Of a stretch of 64,000 bases of DNA, positions 1 through 9,843 are shown piece after piece. Origin of the DNA: an uncultured Verrucomicrobiae bacterium. GTDB lineage: Bacteria > Verrucomicrobiota > Verrucomicrobiia > Chthoniobacterales > Chthoniobacteraceae. The stretch lies in contig CAVYKI010000003.1 of assembly GCA_963769025.1 (NCBI GenBank), positions 224,001 through 288,000 of the forward strand, given 5' to 3'. Numbering within the stretch: the stretch's first letter is position 1; each line of letters starts with the position of its first letter. A program made the translations under genes and the position numbers. The notes below the pieces were generated by a model, which worked only from the letters and a program-made list of their open reading frames with translations, had not been told where the DNA came from and did no database searches.

Positions 1-99
1 CCGCGCCTGCGCGTTAAGCGAACGAAATCCTCCGGGTGTCCCTCGAAGACGCGCCGCGAAGCGGGCAAATCGTCCACGCCCCCGAACCGCCGCTCAGGT

Positions 100-609
100 T
101 CAGGCGACCCGGGCCATCATGCCGGATCCACTCGCGTGGACGGACACCACATCGCGCGGCTCAAGGGAACCTCTGTCTCCGGACCGCAGCCGGTGCCTGG
201 CGAGTTCCAGCACGGCCATCGCGAGCCGAAAACCCGCCGAGGGACACGAGTGCCCCAGCATGCGAATCAGCACGCTCGTGATGGTCACCACCGTGCAATC
301 CGTCACCGCGACCACGTCGGCGCTGTGGCGCTCATTTTTCAAAAGCGCCATCTCGCCGAAAAAGTCACCGGCCTTGAACCGCGTGCATCGGAGGTCGAAC
401 GCATCCGGGAAACGGGTGACAGCCTGGGCCTCCCCCTCGGCCACCACGAACATCGCACCCCCGAGATCGTCCTTGAGGACAATCTCCATGCCCGCCGGAA
501 AAAGGCGGGGCTCCGCGAGGTTGAGCAGGCCATCCATATCCGAAGGACTGAAGTCCCGAAACAGGGAGCAGCCCATCAGCTTTGAAGTCGCAGGATGATG
601 CACCGTCAT
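100..609 (-). CDS. Cyclic nucleotide-binding domain protein
   Basis: cNMP-binding motifs (MFVVAEGEA...GDFFGEMALL...HSADVVAVTDC). Start placed at ATG 609 (MTVHHP). Confidence 0.8.
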   Translation of the reverse strand: MTVHHPATSKLMGCSLFRDFSPSDMDGLLNLAEPRLFPAGMEIVLKDDLGGAMFVVAEGEAQAVTRFPDAFDLRCTRFKAGDFFGEMALLKNERHSADVVAVTDCTVVTITSVLIRMLGHSCPSAGFRLAMAVLELARHRLRSGDRGSLEPRDVVSVHASGSGMMARVA

Positions 610-641
610 GCCTCTGACAGGAGCAGGACGGATACCGGATT

Positions 642-1451
642 GTGCATGAAATGAATCCGCACGATGCTCTGCGCCCAATGGCGCGTTCCGATCTGCCCGG
701 TGAGCCTCTCGAATGTCCGTATCCGCCCCGCATCGTCGCGGAGACGGACGACTTTCTCGTCGTGGACAAGCCGCCCTTCCTCCGCATCCACCCCAGCAAG
801 CCCGACCAGACCGACACGCTCTGGAACGAACTCCGCGCACTGCTCGCCTACGAAATCGCGAACGGCGGACAGGTGAGCATCATCAACCGCCTCGACCGCG
901 AGACGAGCGGGCTCGTCCTCGTGGCAAAGCATCGCGAGGCGGCGAAGAAATTCTCGCAGCTCATGGAAAGGCGCGGCATCGGCAAGGAATACCTGGCGCT
1001 CGCGTTTGGCTGGCCCGCGCAGGACGAATGGAGCGTGGATGCGCCGCTGCTGCGCCAGGGCGACATCCGCCCGTCTCCGATCTACCTGAAGCAAATGGTC
1101 CATCCCAGCGGCTCCGCGGCGCTCACGCGATTTCGAGTCGAGCGGCGCTTTGAAAAGGACGGCGCAAAGTTCGCACTCGTCCGCGCATTTCCTGAGACGG
1201 GACGGATGCACCAGATCCGCATTCACCTCGCGCACAGCGGGCACTCCGTCGTCGGCGACAAGATCTACGGCGCGGACGAGACGTGCTACCTCGATTTCAT
1301 CGAGACCGGCTGGACGCCCGCGCTCGCGTCGCGCCTGCTCCTTGCGCGCCACGCGCTGCATTCCTGCGCGCTCATCACGCAGGAACACGAATGGCGCACC
1401 CCTCTGTCGCCCGACCTCGCGGCGTGGTCAGACCTCCCACCGAAGGCGTAG
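642..1451 (+). CDS. RluA-family pseudouridine synthase
   Basis: Motifs VVDKPP, NRLDRETSG (catalytic Asp), TGRMHQIRIH, GDKIYG. Exact start uncertain. Confidence 0.92.
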   Translation: MHEMNPHDALRPMARSDLPGEPLECPYPPRIVAETDDFLVVDKPPFLRIHPSKPDQTDTLWNELRALLAYEIANGGQVSIINRLDRETSGLVLVAKHREAAKKFSQLMERRGIGKEYLALAFGWPAQDEWSVDAPLLRQGDIRPSPIYLKQMVHPSGSAALTRFRVERRFEKDGAKFALVRAFPETGRMHQIRIHLAHSGHSVVGDKIYGADETCYLDFIETGWTPALASRLLLARHALHSCALITQEHEWRTPLSPDLAAWSDLPPKA

Positions 1452-1573
1452 CAAAAATTTTTGCGGAGGAACGCCGTGGATTTCCGATTCGCAGGGATCC
1501 GCTGTTGTATTTTCGGACACCAATGTCGTTTCCGACGACGTTCTTCCCAAGCCGCAAACGGATTCCGCGGCTT

Positions 1574-2944
1574 CTAGGCGGAACCGGCGACAGCCTCATT
1601 CCGCTTGAAATGCACCTCGAGCACGCGGCGTCCGTCGGCCTTTGTCACCGTCGCCTCGAAATCCTCGATGCGCGTCCTCTCGCCCGTCTTGGGCAGGTGG
1701 CCGATGAGCTGCGTGACGTAACCGCCGATGGTGCTCACCTCCGTGCTTTCGAGGTCGAGGCCGAGCATCTCGTTCAGCTCATGCAGGCTCAGCGTCGCCG
1801 CGACGACAAACTCGTCCTTGCTGACACGCCGCATCTCGGGCTTCTCCGCGTCGAACTCGTCCTGGATGTCGCCGACGAGTTCCTCGATCACGTTGTCGAG
1901 CGTGACGATGCCGGCGGTGCCGCCGAATTCATCCACGACCAGCGCGAGGTGCGCGTGCCGGGAGAGGAAAAAGGTGAGCAGCTTTTCCAGCGGCATCATC
2001 TCAGGGACGTTGTGCAGCTCGCGCTTGATGCTCGTGATGTCGGGCTTCGGCTCGCGCATGAGGCGCAGGAGATCCTTGATGTGGACGAGGCCGATCGTTT
2101 CGTCGAGATGCTCGCGGCAGAGCGGGAAACGCGTGTGCCGCGACTCCATCGCGCGCTTCAGGTTTTCCTCGAAGGTGTCCTCCGTGTTCAGGAAAACCAC
2201 CTCGCCGCGCGGCGTGGCGATGTCGCGGACGACGCGGTCGCGGAGGTCGAGGGCATTCATCAACAGGTCCTTGCCAATGGCGGAGACTTCGCGCGCATCC
2301 GCACTTTCCGCGAGGATGAGACGGAGTTCCTCCTCGCTGTGCGCCAGCTCGTGCTCGCTCGCGGGCTGGATCTTGAAGACGCTTTTCAACAGCCAGTTTG
2401 CGGTGCCGTTCAGGAAGGAAATCGCGGGCTTGAACAGCACGTAAAACCATCCGAGCGGCGCGGAAACCCACAGCGAAACCCCCACAGGCTTGCGGATCGC
2501 GAGGGACTTCGGCGCGAGTTCGCCGAGGACGATGTGCAGGAAGGTGATCGTCGAAAAGGCGAGGATGAAGCTCGTGCTGCGGATGACGGTCTCGCTCTCC
2601 ACGCCGAATCGGAAAAAGAAGGGGTGCAGCATGTGCGCGAGGTACGGCTCGCCCACCCAGCCGAGGCCGAGGCTGGAAAGGGTGATGCCGAGCTGTGTGG
2701 CGGAAAGGTAGGCGTCGAGCTGGCCCACGGCCTTGCGCGCGGTGCCTGCACGGCGGTTGCCCTCCTCTTCGAGCGCCTCGAGCTGGCTGGAGCGGACCTT
2801 CACGAGCGCGAATTCCGCCGCGACGAAGAAGCCGTTCAGCAGCACAAGCCCGAGGATGATGAGAATCTCGACGAGCATCCCGCCCAGCGAAGTCCACTCC
2901 CGCGCGAGATTGGCGGAGTCAGCGAGGATCGTGTGGAGCGTCAT
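1574..2944 (-). CDS. Hemolysin/CNNM family protein (DUF21-CBS-CBS-CorC)
   Basis: LNGFFVAAEFAL, QLGITLSSLGLGWVGEP, GELAPKS, VVDEFGGTAGIVTLDN, C-terminal CorC-like TIGGY. Confidence 0.92.
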   Translation of the reverse strand: MTLHTILADSANLAREWTSLGGMLVEILIILGLVLLNGFFVAAEFALVKVRSSQLEALEEEGNRRAGTARKAVGQLDAYLSATQLGITLSSLGLGWVGEPYLAHMLHPFFFRFGVESETVIRSTSFILAFSTITFLHIVLGELAPKSLAIRKPVGVSLWVSAPLGWFYVLFKPAISFLNGTANWLLKSVFKIQPASEHELAHSEEELRLILAESADAREVSAIGKDLLMNALDLRDRVVRDIATPRGEVVFLNTEDTFEENLKRAMESRHTRFPLCREHLDETIGLVHIKDLLRLMREPKPDITSIKRELHNVPEMMPLEKLLTFFLSRHAHLALVVDEFGGTAGIVTLDNVIEELVGDIQDEFDAEKPEMRRVSKDEFVVAATLSLHELNEMLGLDLESTEVSTIGGYVTQLIGHLPKTGERTRIEDFEATVTKADGRRVLEVHFKRNEAVAGSA

Positions 2945-2948
2945 GTTG

Positions 2949-2988
2949 AAAAAACAAACGAGCCGCGGACGTGGCGCCCGCGGCTCGT
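2949..2988 (-). terminator. Probable intrinsic terminator of rpsN
   Basis: 11-bp stem ACGAGCCGCGG/CCGCGGCTCGT (2958-2968, 2978-2988) followed on the minus strand by TTGTTTTTT. Confidence 0.65.
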
Positions 2989-3010
2989 GAAAGTGTTCGG
3001 GATGGTGTTC

Positions 3011-3280
3011 CTACCAGCTCGACTTGGTCACGCCGGGGATGAGGCCGTTGGAGGCGAGTTCGCGGAATGCGATACGGGAAAGCTTGAACCGGCCCATGAA
3101 GGCGCGCTTGCGGCCCGTCGCGTTGCAGCGGCGGCTCAGGCGCACGGGGCTCGCGTTGCGCGGGAGCATCGAGAGGCCGATGTAATCGCCCTTCTTCTTG
3201 AGTTCAGCACGTTCCGCGGCGTACTTCGCCACACACTTGGATTTGCGTTTTTCGCGTTCGAGCCAGCAGGTTTTAGCCAT
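3011..3280 (-). CDS. rpsN: 30S ribosomal protein S14, 89-aa zinc-independent (C-) type
   Basis: LPRNASPVRL.RRC..TGR.R...SRIAFRELA..G.IPGVTKSSW; the CxxC pairs are absent. Confidence 0.95.
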   Translation of the reverse strand: MAKTCWLEREKRKSKCVAKYAAERAELKKKGDYIGLSMLPRNASPVRLSRRCNATGRKRAFMGRFKLSRIAFRELASNGLIPGVTKSSW

Positions 3281-3303
3281 AGGAAAGTAATTTAGGAGCG
3301 CGG

Positions 3304-3331
3304 AAACTAGGAGCGCGGCCCCGGAAATCAA
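3304..3331 (-). promoter_or_regulatory. Possible sigma70-type promoter for rpsN
   Basis: TTGATT-16 nt-TAGTTT on the minus strand just upstream of the start; motif match only. Confidence 0.35.
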
Positions 3332-3346
3332 GCCCTAATTTTGCCC

Positions 3347-3811
3347 TTACATCATCCGGGCCGGGATCGAAAACTCCAGCCGTCCCCCGCCCTTTCGCAG
3401 CACCAGCACCTCGATGCAGGTGAGAGATGCCTTCCGGACGTTGATGCTCCCGCCGTCGGCGCCGAGCAGGTGCGCGATGAGCTTGCCGAGATCAGGCTCA
3501 TGTCCCACGAGCATGACCGCAGCCACCTTCTTCAGCCCGTCCAACTCCGCGAGGATCTCCTCCGGCCTCGCGCCGCACTCGAGCCACGATGCGGTCGTGA
3601 CCCCGACGTCGAGTTCCTTCGCCACCGGCTTCGCCGTCTGCTGCGCGCGGATGAGCGGGCTGGCGAAAATCACCTTCGGCTGAATCCCGTGCGCACTGCA
3701 GAACTGCGCGACCTTCCGCGCCTGCTCCACGCCCTTTTCCGAAAGCGTGCGCGCGGAATCGGTCGCCGCGTGGGTTTCGGCGTCGGCGTGGCGGAGGACG
3801 TAGAGCTGCAT
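3347..3811 (-). CDS. sixA: Phosphohistidine phosphatase SixA
   Basis: LYVLRHADA, SPLIRAQQTA, LVGHEPDLG. Confidence 0.9.
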   Translation of the reverse strand: MQLYVLRHADAETHAATDSARTLSEKGVEQARKVAQFCSAHGIQPKVIFASPLIRAQQTAKPVAKELDVGVTTASWLECGARPEEILAELDGLKKVAAVMLVGHEPDLGKLIAHLLGADGGSINVRKASLTCIEVLVLRKGGGRLEFSIPARMM

Positions 3812-3818
3812 GCCGGGT

Positions 3819-4562
3819 TTACATCACGAGCCCGCCGTCCACCGTCAGCACCTGCCCGGTGATGTAGCCGGCCTCCGCGCTTGCGAGAAATGCGACCGCC
3901 GACGCGATGTCCTCGGGCTGCCCGAAACGCGCGAGCGGAATCTGCTTCACCACGCCGTCCTTGATCGCCTGCGTGAGCACCTCGGTCATGTCCGTGGTGA
4001 TGAATCCCGGGGCAACGGCGTTCGACGTCACGCCGCGGCTCGCGAGTTCGCGGGCGACGACCTTCGTGAATGCGATGAGCCCCGCCTTGCTCGCGGCGTA
4101 GTTCGCCTGCCCGGCATTTCCCATCAGCCCGGCGACGCTCGCGATGTTGATGATGCGCCCGCTGCGCTGCTTCATCATGCCGCGCACGACGCCCTGGTAG
4201 AAATTGAAAGCGCCCTTGAGGTTCGTCTCCATCACTGCGTCCCAATCCTCCGGCGACATGCGCATCGAGAGGCCGTCGCGCGTGATGCCCGCGTTGTTCA
4301 CGAGGATGTCCACGCGGGAAAAATCGGCCGCGATCTGCTCGCACAGCTTCTGCACCGCCGCGTGGTCGGCGGCGTCCACTGCGTAGCCCTTCGCGAGCCC
4401 GGCGTGCTTCGCGTTGATCTCTTCGGCGACGGTGAGCGCATTCGCCTCCGTGCGCGAGACGACCGCGACGCGCGCTCCTTCGCTCGCAAACTGGGTGGCG
4501 ATGGCCCGACCGATTCCGCGGCCTGCACCGGTGACGACTGCAACTTGGTTGGCAAATCTCAT
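3819..4562 (-). CDS. fabG: 3-oxoacyl-ACP reductase
   Basis: TGAGRGIG, NNAGITRD, GNAGQANYAASKAG, GQVLTVDGGLVM. Confidence 0.95.
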   Translation of the reverse strand: MRFANQVAVVTGAGRGIGRAIATQFASEGARVAVVSRTEANALTVAEEINAKHAGLAKGYAVDAADHAAVQKLCEQIAADFSRVDILVNNAGITRDGLSMRMSPEDWDAVMETNLKGAFNFYQGVVRGMMKQRSGRIINIASVAGLMGNAGQANYAASKAGLIAFTKVVARELASRGVTSNAVAPGFITTDMTEVLTQAIKDGVVKQIPLARFGQPEDIASAVAFLASAEAGYITGQVLTVDGGLVM

Positions 4563-4618
4563 GGGGCGGCGAGTCTCGAAAGCGCTCCCACTTTGTCCAG
4601 CGCGGAATCAGCGGGGTC

Positions 4619-4785
4619 ATCCGCAGATTGCTCAGATTTCCGCAGACGGAAAAATGAATCCGTCAAACGGCGGGGATGAAACCGCTGAAGGACACTCATG
4701 GGCTCTGATGTGGAAAGCGTTGCGGACGGCAGCCGATTCACCGGCCGGGCGAGTGCCCCAGTCAGTGCCTGCGGAATCTGCGGAT
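4619..4785. repeat. Intergenic inverted repeat with CGCAGATT-type tandem-unit arms
   Basis: ATCCGCAGATTGCTCAGATTTCCGCAGA (4619-4646) faces CTGCGGAATCTGCGGAT (4769-4785); the outer 11 bp are perfectly complementary. Confidence 0.55.
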
Positions 4786-4794
4786 CCTCTCCGC

Positions 4795-5935
4795 CTATTC
4801 TTCCTCGTCGCTTGCGCCCTTCTGCCGGACCAGTCCGCGCAGTTTTCCCTCCATGAATTTCCCGATGTCGCCGTCCATCACCGCCTGGATGTTCGAAGTT
4901 TCCACGCCCGTGCGAAGATCGAGCACCTTTTGATATGGCTGGAAAACGTAGCTCCGGATCTGGCTGCCAAAGCTGATGTCCAGCTTCGCGCCGTAGGCGG
5001 CCTCGACCGCTGCGCGCTTCTTGTCCTGCTCCATCTGGTAGAGCTTGGATTTGATCATCTTCAGCGCCGTCGCCTTGTTCTGCGCCTGGCTGCGCTCGAC
5101 CTGGCACGCGGCGACGATGCCGGTCGGAATGTGCGTGATGCGCACCGCCGTCTCCACCTTGTTCACGTTCTGCCCGCCTTTTCCTCCCGCGCGATAGGTG
5201 TCCACGCGGATGTCCACCTCGTTCACTTCGATGGGTGCGTCCTCCTTCATCTCCGGCACCGCATCCACGCTCGCGAAACTCGTGTGCCGCCGCTTGTTCG
5301 AGTCAAACGGCGAAATGCGCACCAGCCGGTGCACGCCGCGCTCGCACGCGAGGTAGCCGAACGCGTACTCGCCCTCAATGCGCAGCGTCGCGCCCTTGAT
5401 GCCCGTCTCCTCGCCGAGCTGGATGTCCACCGTCGAGACCTTGAAGCCGCTGCGCTCCGCCCAGCGCGTGTACATGCGCATGAGCATGTCCGCCCAGTCG
5501 CACGACTCCGTGCCGCCGGCGCCGCTGTGGATGATGAGGAAGCAATTGGCCCGGTCTGCCGGTCCCGAGAGGAATTGCAGCAGCTCGAACTGCTCCAGCT
5601 CCGCGACCAGCGCCGCGTGATCCTTCGCGACATCCGCCGCCGCGGCCGTCTGCTGCGCCGGGTCCGTCTCGGCCTCGGTGAGTTCGATGAGCACCTCCAG
5701 ATCCTCCACCTTCCGCTCGAGCGCGAGCAGCGGCTCCACCTTTTTCTTCAGCCCCGAAACTTCCTCGATCGTGGCCTGCGCGCGCTCCTGGTTCCCCCAG
5801 AAATCCTGCCCCGCCATGAGCGCATCCAGCTCGCCGATGCGCGCCTGCAGTTTCGGGACGTCAAAGAAACCTCCGCAGCCCGGCCACGCGGGCCTTCAGT
5901 GCGGAGGAGTCGAAAAGAGAGGAGTCAAATGCCAT
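4795..5935 (-). CDS. prfB: Peptide chain release factor 2 with programmed +1 frameshift
   Basis: SPF and GGQ motifs. A 24-codon first ORF (MAFDSS...RRFL) ends in GGAGG-TTT-CTT-TGA-C around 5860-5875, and the +1 frame continues [13 protein letters not shown]. Confidence 0.96.
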
Positions 5936-6117
5936 GGGAGCGCGGACGATACGCGCCGCTCCCAATGTGGCGAGGGAAAAGCTTTCGCGTCCATCGCCGG
6001 CGAGAGCGCAGATTTTGCAACCGTGCCCGACACCCGCGAAGGCGCGGCGGAGTGGCGCCACACGCACGGGAATCCCCTCCCCTTGCATTCCCGCACATGC
6101 CCGGGATACTCCCGCCC

Positions 6118-7443
6118 ATGCATTCCCCGGCACTGCGCGCCCTGATCACCGTTCGCGAATCCGCGATACCGGTCCTGCGCGCGTTAACGCTCGGCCTTGC
6201 GCTCCTCGCCTGCGCACTCCTGCCGCTGCGGGCGGACCCGCCACCGATTGCGGGCCTGCTCGATCCGAAGACGGCGGCGGAGGCATGGAATGTGATCCGG
6301 CTCGCGACGAAAAATATCGAGCGGCTCCTCGATGAAAACCGGCTGGCGGAAATCCCGGTGCAGGCGTCGTTTTGCAGCCCGGCGCTGCGCACGCTCGCAC
6401 GGGTGGTGACGGACGCCGCCGCCGCCGAGCACGTGGGCTTGCAGACGAAGCGCGCCCTCGGCTGGCTCGGTGCCATCGCGCGGGCTGCGGGTGAAAACAA
6501 TCCTGCGAGCACCAGGGAATCGCTCGGGAAGCTCCGCTTCCTGCTCGATGACATCGCGCGGTCGTTCGACCCGAAGGAGGTGGGCGCCGACATTTTTTTC
6601 TGCCCGATGCACTCCGACTTCCGCTCGGAAAATGCGAAGACGCCCTGTGCGAAATGCGGCATGGACCTTCTCACGCGGCGCATCCCGTACAGCTTCATCT
6701 ACACGAAGCCCGGCGAACCGTCGGTCCACATGACCTTGATCGCGAGCGGCCCGGTGGAGGCGGGCAAGCAGCTCACGGTGAAAGTCCGCATGGCGAAGGC
6801 GGACAAGTCGCCCGTCCTTCACGCCGATCTCCTGGAGATGCACACGCAGCCCATTCATCTGCTCATCGAGGAACCGGGGCTGGGCGATTACCACCACGAG
6901 CACCCCGTGCCGACGACGGTGTCCGGCGAGTACGAGTTCACTTTCACCCCGAAAAAATCCGCGCCCTACCGCATCTGGGCCGACATCGTGCCCGAGGCCA
7001 CGGGCGTGCAGGAATTGCCGTTCGCGGACCTGCCATCCACGGGCACCGCGGCGCCGGCTACTGACACGGCGAACCGGTTCACGTCATCGGCGGGCGGCTA
7101 TCAATTCACGCTGACCCTCGCCGGCGGAAATGACGAACCGGCCAAGGCGCAGCAGGCCCGCAACATGACCATCCACGTCGCCGATTCCGCCGGCAAACCC
7201 GTGACGCAACTCGAGCCGGTGATGAACGCATTCGCCCACCTCGTCGGGTTCTACGGCGACTACCAGGCGGTCGTCCACCTGCACCCGACCGGCGGCGATG
7301 TGCTGAACGGCTCCCTGCGCGGCGGACCCACGCTCGGCTTCATTTTCTTCCCGCCAAAGGCAGGCTTCATCCGCCTCTACTGCCAGGTGAGCATCGGCGG
7401 GGAGATGCTTTTCGCGCCGTTCAATGTGAACGTGGTGCCGTGA
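6118..7443 (+). CDS. Secreted heavy-metal-binding domain protein
   Basis: Hydrophobic signal, CPMH...PCAKCGMDL motif, His-rich motifs (YHHEHP, AHLV...HLHP). Start uncertain. Confidence 0.7.
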   Translation: MHSPALRALITVRESAIPVLRALTLGLALLACALLPLRADPPPIAGLLDPKTAAEAWNVIRLATKNIERLLDENRLAEIPVQASFCSPALRTLARVVTDAAAAEHVGLQTKRALGWLGAIARAAGENNPASTRESLGKLRFLLDDIARSFDPKEVGADIFFCPMHSDFRSENAKTPCAKCGMDLLTRRIPYSFIYTKPGEPSVHMTLIASGPVEAGKQLTVKVRMAKADKSPVLHADLLEMHTQPIHLLIEEPGLGDYHHEHPVPTTVSGEYEFTFTPKKSAPYRIWADIVPEATGVQELPFADLPSTGTAAPATDTANRFTSSAGGYQFTLTLAGGNDEPAKAQQARNMTIHVADSAGKPVTQLEPVMNAFAHLVGFYGDYQAVVHLHPTGGDVLNGSLRGGPTLGFIFFPPKAGFIRLYCQVSIGGEMLFAPFNVNVVP

Positions 7444-7463
7444 TGCCGCGCGGCTCCGGGCGG

Positions 7464-8195
7464 TCAGTGCGTAATCACGTCGTCCTCGGTGTACATCTCC
7501 CGGTCCGGTCCGGCGGAGCGGATTTCCATGCTCGTGCGGGATAGCTGGTGGAAGAAATACGGCGTGCCCCACCGGTCCATGAGTTCGCCATTCGCGTTCA
7601 ATGCCTGGCCCTCGGGCGGCCCGAACGTCGCGCCCTTCGGATTGCCGCCCATCACTGCCTTCATGATCTCGGCATTGGTGCCGACAGGGTTTTCCCCCAA
7701 CCGCGTGCGGTAGTCGCGGAGCATCAGGGTCACCTTATCCGTTTCGATCGCCCCGGCCTTCCTGTCTTCATCCCCGGCGAGGGGATCGCCCGGGGACATG
7801 CGTGCCCGCTGGATGCCCGAGGCGACCGTCGCCGGTCGCTGCATTGGCACCCCGGCGGGAGCCGCCGTGGACCGTTGCCCCGAAGGCATCGCAGCCACGG
7901 TTCCTGTGCTCCGGGTTGGCCCAGCCTGCGCAGGCGGTGAAAGTGGCGACGACGGCACAGGGAGCGTGGCTGCGGGATTCTGGACGGCGAGCACTGGCGG
8001 GGATTTCGACCCGTCATTTTGCACGGCGGACGGCTCGCCGGGATTTACCACTCCCGCGCCCGCCACGGGCCGGGGTGCAGTCCCGCCGTCGTCGGGAACA
8101 CCCCGCCAGTCGCGGAAAAATGCCATCAGCGCGACGACCAAGGCGACCGTCGCGAGGAGCGCGCCGACCCGGAGCTTTATCGAGATGCTGCGCAC
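7464..8195 (-). CDS. Membrane-anchored protein with GspG-like C-terminal motif
   Basis: N-terminal TM helix, Pro/Ala linker, DRWGTPY...IRSAGPD.....DD. Directly downstream of the DUF1501 gene. Confidence 0.65.
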   Translation of the reverse strand: MRSISIKLRVGALLATVALVVALMAFFRDWRGVPDDGGTAPRPVAGAGVVNPGEPSAVQNDGSKSPPVLAVQNPAATLPVPSSPLSPPAQAGPTRSTGTVAAMPSGQRSTAAPAGVPMQRPATVASGIQRARMSPGDPLAGDEDRKAGAIETDKVTLMLRDYRTRLGENPVGTNAEIMKAVMGGNPKGATFGPPEGQALNANGELMDRWGTPYFFHQLSRTSMEIRSAGPDREMYTEDDVITH

Positions 8196-8201
8196 AACGG
8201 C

Positions 8202-9836
8202 CTACGCCATGAAGCCCAGGTACCCGCCTGCGTACGAGCCCGGGAACCGCGTGAGATTTGGGAAGACCGTCGTCATTTCCGTGCCGCTCAGGCCAAACCA
8301 CTTTGCAAGCGTGGCCGAGTATTGATCGACGGAGGTCGTGGGGATCCATCGCCCGGTGCTGGTGTCATCCGGGCCACCCACGGTGAGGGTCGGGAAGGTG
8401 CCGTACGTCTGCCGGCCATTGACGGCCCCACCCACGACAAGATGGTGGCTGCCCCAGCCATGGTCGCTCCCCAGGCCGTTGGCCGGGAAGGTGCGGCCGA
8501 AATCGCTGGCGGTGAAACAAGTGACGTTGTTCACGAAATTCGCCGAACCCTGCGCGACGCCGACCTGCTTGATGGCCTTCATGAACGAGCAGACGCACTG
8601 GCTGATCTCGGCCAGCAAATTGGCCTGGGAGCCGATGACGACCGCCGCGTCGTTGGTCGTCGTCTGGCCGGCGTTGGCCGTCTGCCCTGTGTGCGTGTCG
8701 TAGCCGCCCACGGTTACAAAAAAGATCTGCCGCTTCATCCCGATGCCGTTGCTCACGCCAGCCGCGCGGGAACTGCCTTCGATGATCTGGGCGACCATCT
8801 TGAGCTGCTGCATGAGGCCGGAGGTGAAAGTGGAGCCGCCATTGGGAGTCACCACCTGATGCGCGGTGCCCGTCTTGCTCCAGTTTGCGATGGTGGACCA
8901 GTACGTCGGGATCTGCGAGCTGGTGAGGGCCAGGCTCAGGCCCGCGCCGGTATCAATCGTCGCCTTCAATGCCTTGGCGTAGCTGCTCGTGTAGGGATTG
9001 GCGTGGGCGTTATTGATGCCGAGGATGTTGTTCAACGCTATCTGCCTCGCAGCCGTCGCAGACGTGGGGCTGTTGGGATTGGTGACCGAGACCACTCCGG
9101 TCGTTCCCACCGTATATTGCTGGGCAAAAGCGCCGATTTGGAACGTGTTCGCCCCTGCGATCGTGATGCAGGTCGAAAGCGCGTCCAGCGCGTCGTTCGG
9201 GACCGGCTGCTTGGGGTTTGCCGAATGCACGATGTCGGCGATCCGTCCGCCCCAGCCAGTCGCAGGCGGTTGATCGGGGATCGAAGTCTGCCACTGCGTC
9301 ACCTGATCGGCGTGGGAGAAAAGCTGCGGCGGTTTCGCGATCGAGTTCGCCAGGTACTGCGCCTTGGTCATGGGATAGACCAGCGTTCCGGAATTGAGGA
9401 TCGCGCCGACGTTGCCGATGTCGTCGAACCCGGGGGCCTTGTTAAACATCTGCTGCAACTCGAACATCGCCGGGTGCAACCCGTACTCGCGCCCCGCGCC
9501 GTCGATGTAATTGCCGCCGCCCGCCTTCGTGAGCTGCAGCGCCCTGGCGGTGCTGCCGTCGGCGTTCGGGATGGCCAGCACGGGCGTCCGAATGTTCGCG
9601 AAGCTCGCGTATTCCCCGGCGACGGTGGGGATGATCATGTTGTTGGAATCGTTGCCTCCGGCGAGAAAGATGCACACGAGCGCCTTGTAGCCCGTCGTGT
9701 CCGCGCCCATCGCCGAATTGATCAGGAACAGATCGCGGAAACAATTGTTCATCGCCGCCGTGCCGATGCTCGCGCAGGCCGCCTTGCGGATGAATGCGCG
9801 GCGGCTCATCGCCGCCAGGATGCTGTCGTTTTTCAT
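8202..9836 (-). CDS. DUF1501 family protein with Tat signal
   Basis: SRRAFIRK Tat motif; [55 protein letters not shown]. Confidence 0.9.
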   Translation of the reverse strand: MKNDSILAAMSRRAFIRKAACASIGTAAMNNCFRDLFLINSAMGADTTGYKALVCIFLAGGNDSNNMIIPTVAGEYASFANIRTPVLAIPNADGSTARALQLTKAGGGNYIDGAGREYGLHPAMFELQQMFNKAPGFDDIGNVGAILNSGTLVYPMTKAQYLANSIAKPPQLFSHADQVTQWQTSIPDQPPATGWGGRIADIVHSANPKQPVPNDALDALSTCITIAGANTFQIGAFAQQYTVGTTGVVSVTNPNSPTSATAARQIALNNILGINNAHANPYTSSYAKALKATIDTGAGLSLALTSSQIPTYWSTIANWSKTGTAHQVVTPNGGSTFTSGLMQQLKMVAQIIEGSSRAAGVSNGIGMKRQIFFVTVGGYDTHTGQTANAGQTTTNDAAVVIGSQANLLAEISQCVCSFMKAIKQVGVAQGSANFVNNVTCFTASDFGRTFPANGLGSDHGWGSHHLVVGGAVNGRQTYGTFPTLTVGGPDDTSTGRWIPTTSVDQYSATLAKWFGLSGTEMTTVFPNLTRFPGSYAGGYLGFMA

Positions 9837-9843
9837 GGGAGGA

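Noticed and set aside
1283..3295. 670-aa plus-strand ORF and similar long antisense or alternate-frame ORFs across the window
   Set aside because: Shadow ORFs of high-GC genes on the other strand or frame; Arg/Ala/Pro-rich with no motifs.
4414..6117. N-terminal part of the 1009-aa ORF 4414-7443
   Set aside because: Antisense to fabG and prfB; only the part from about 6118 looks like a real protein.
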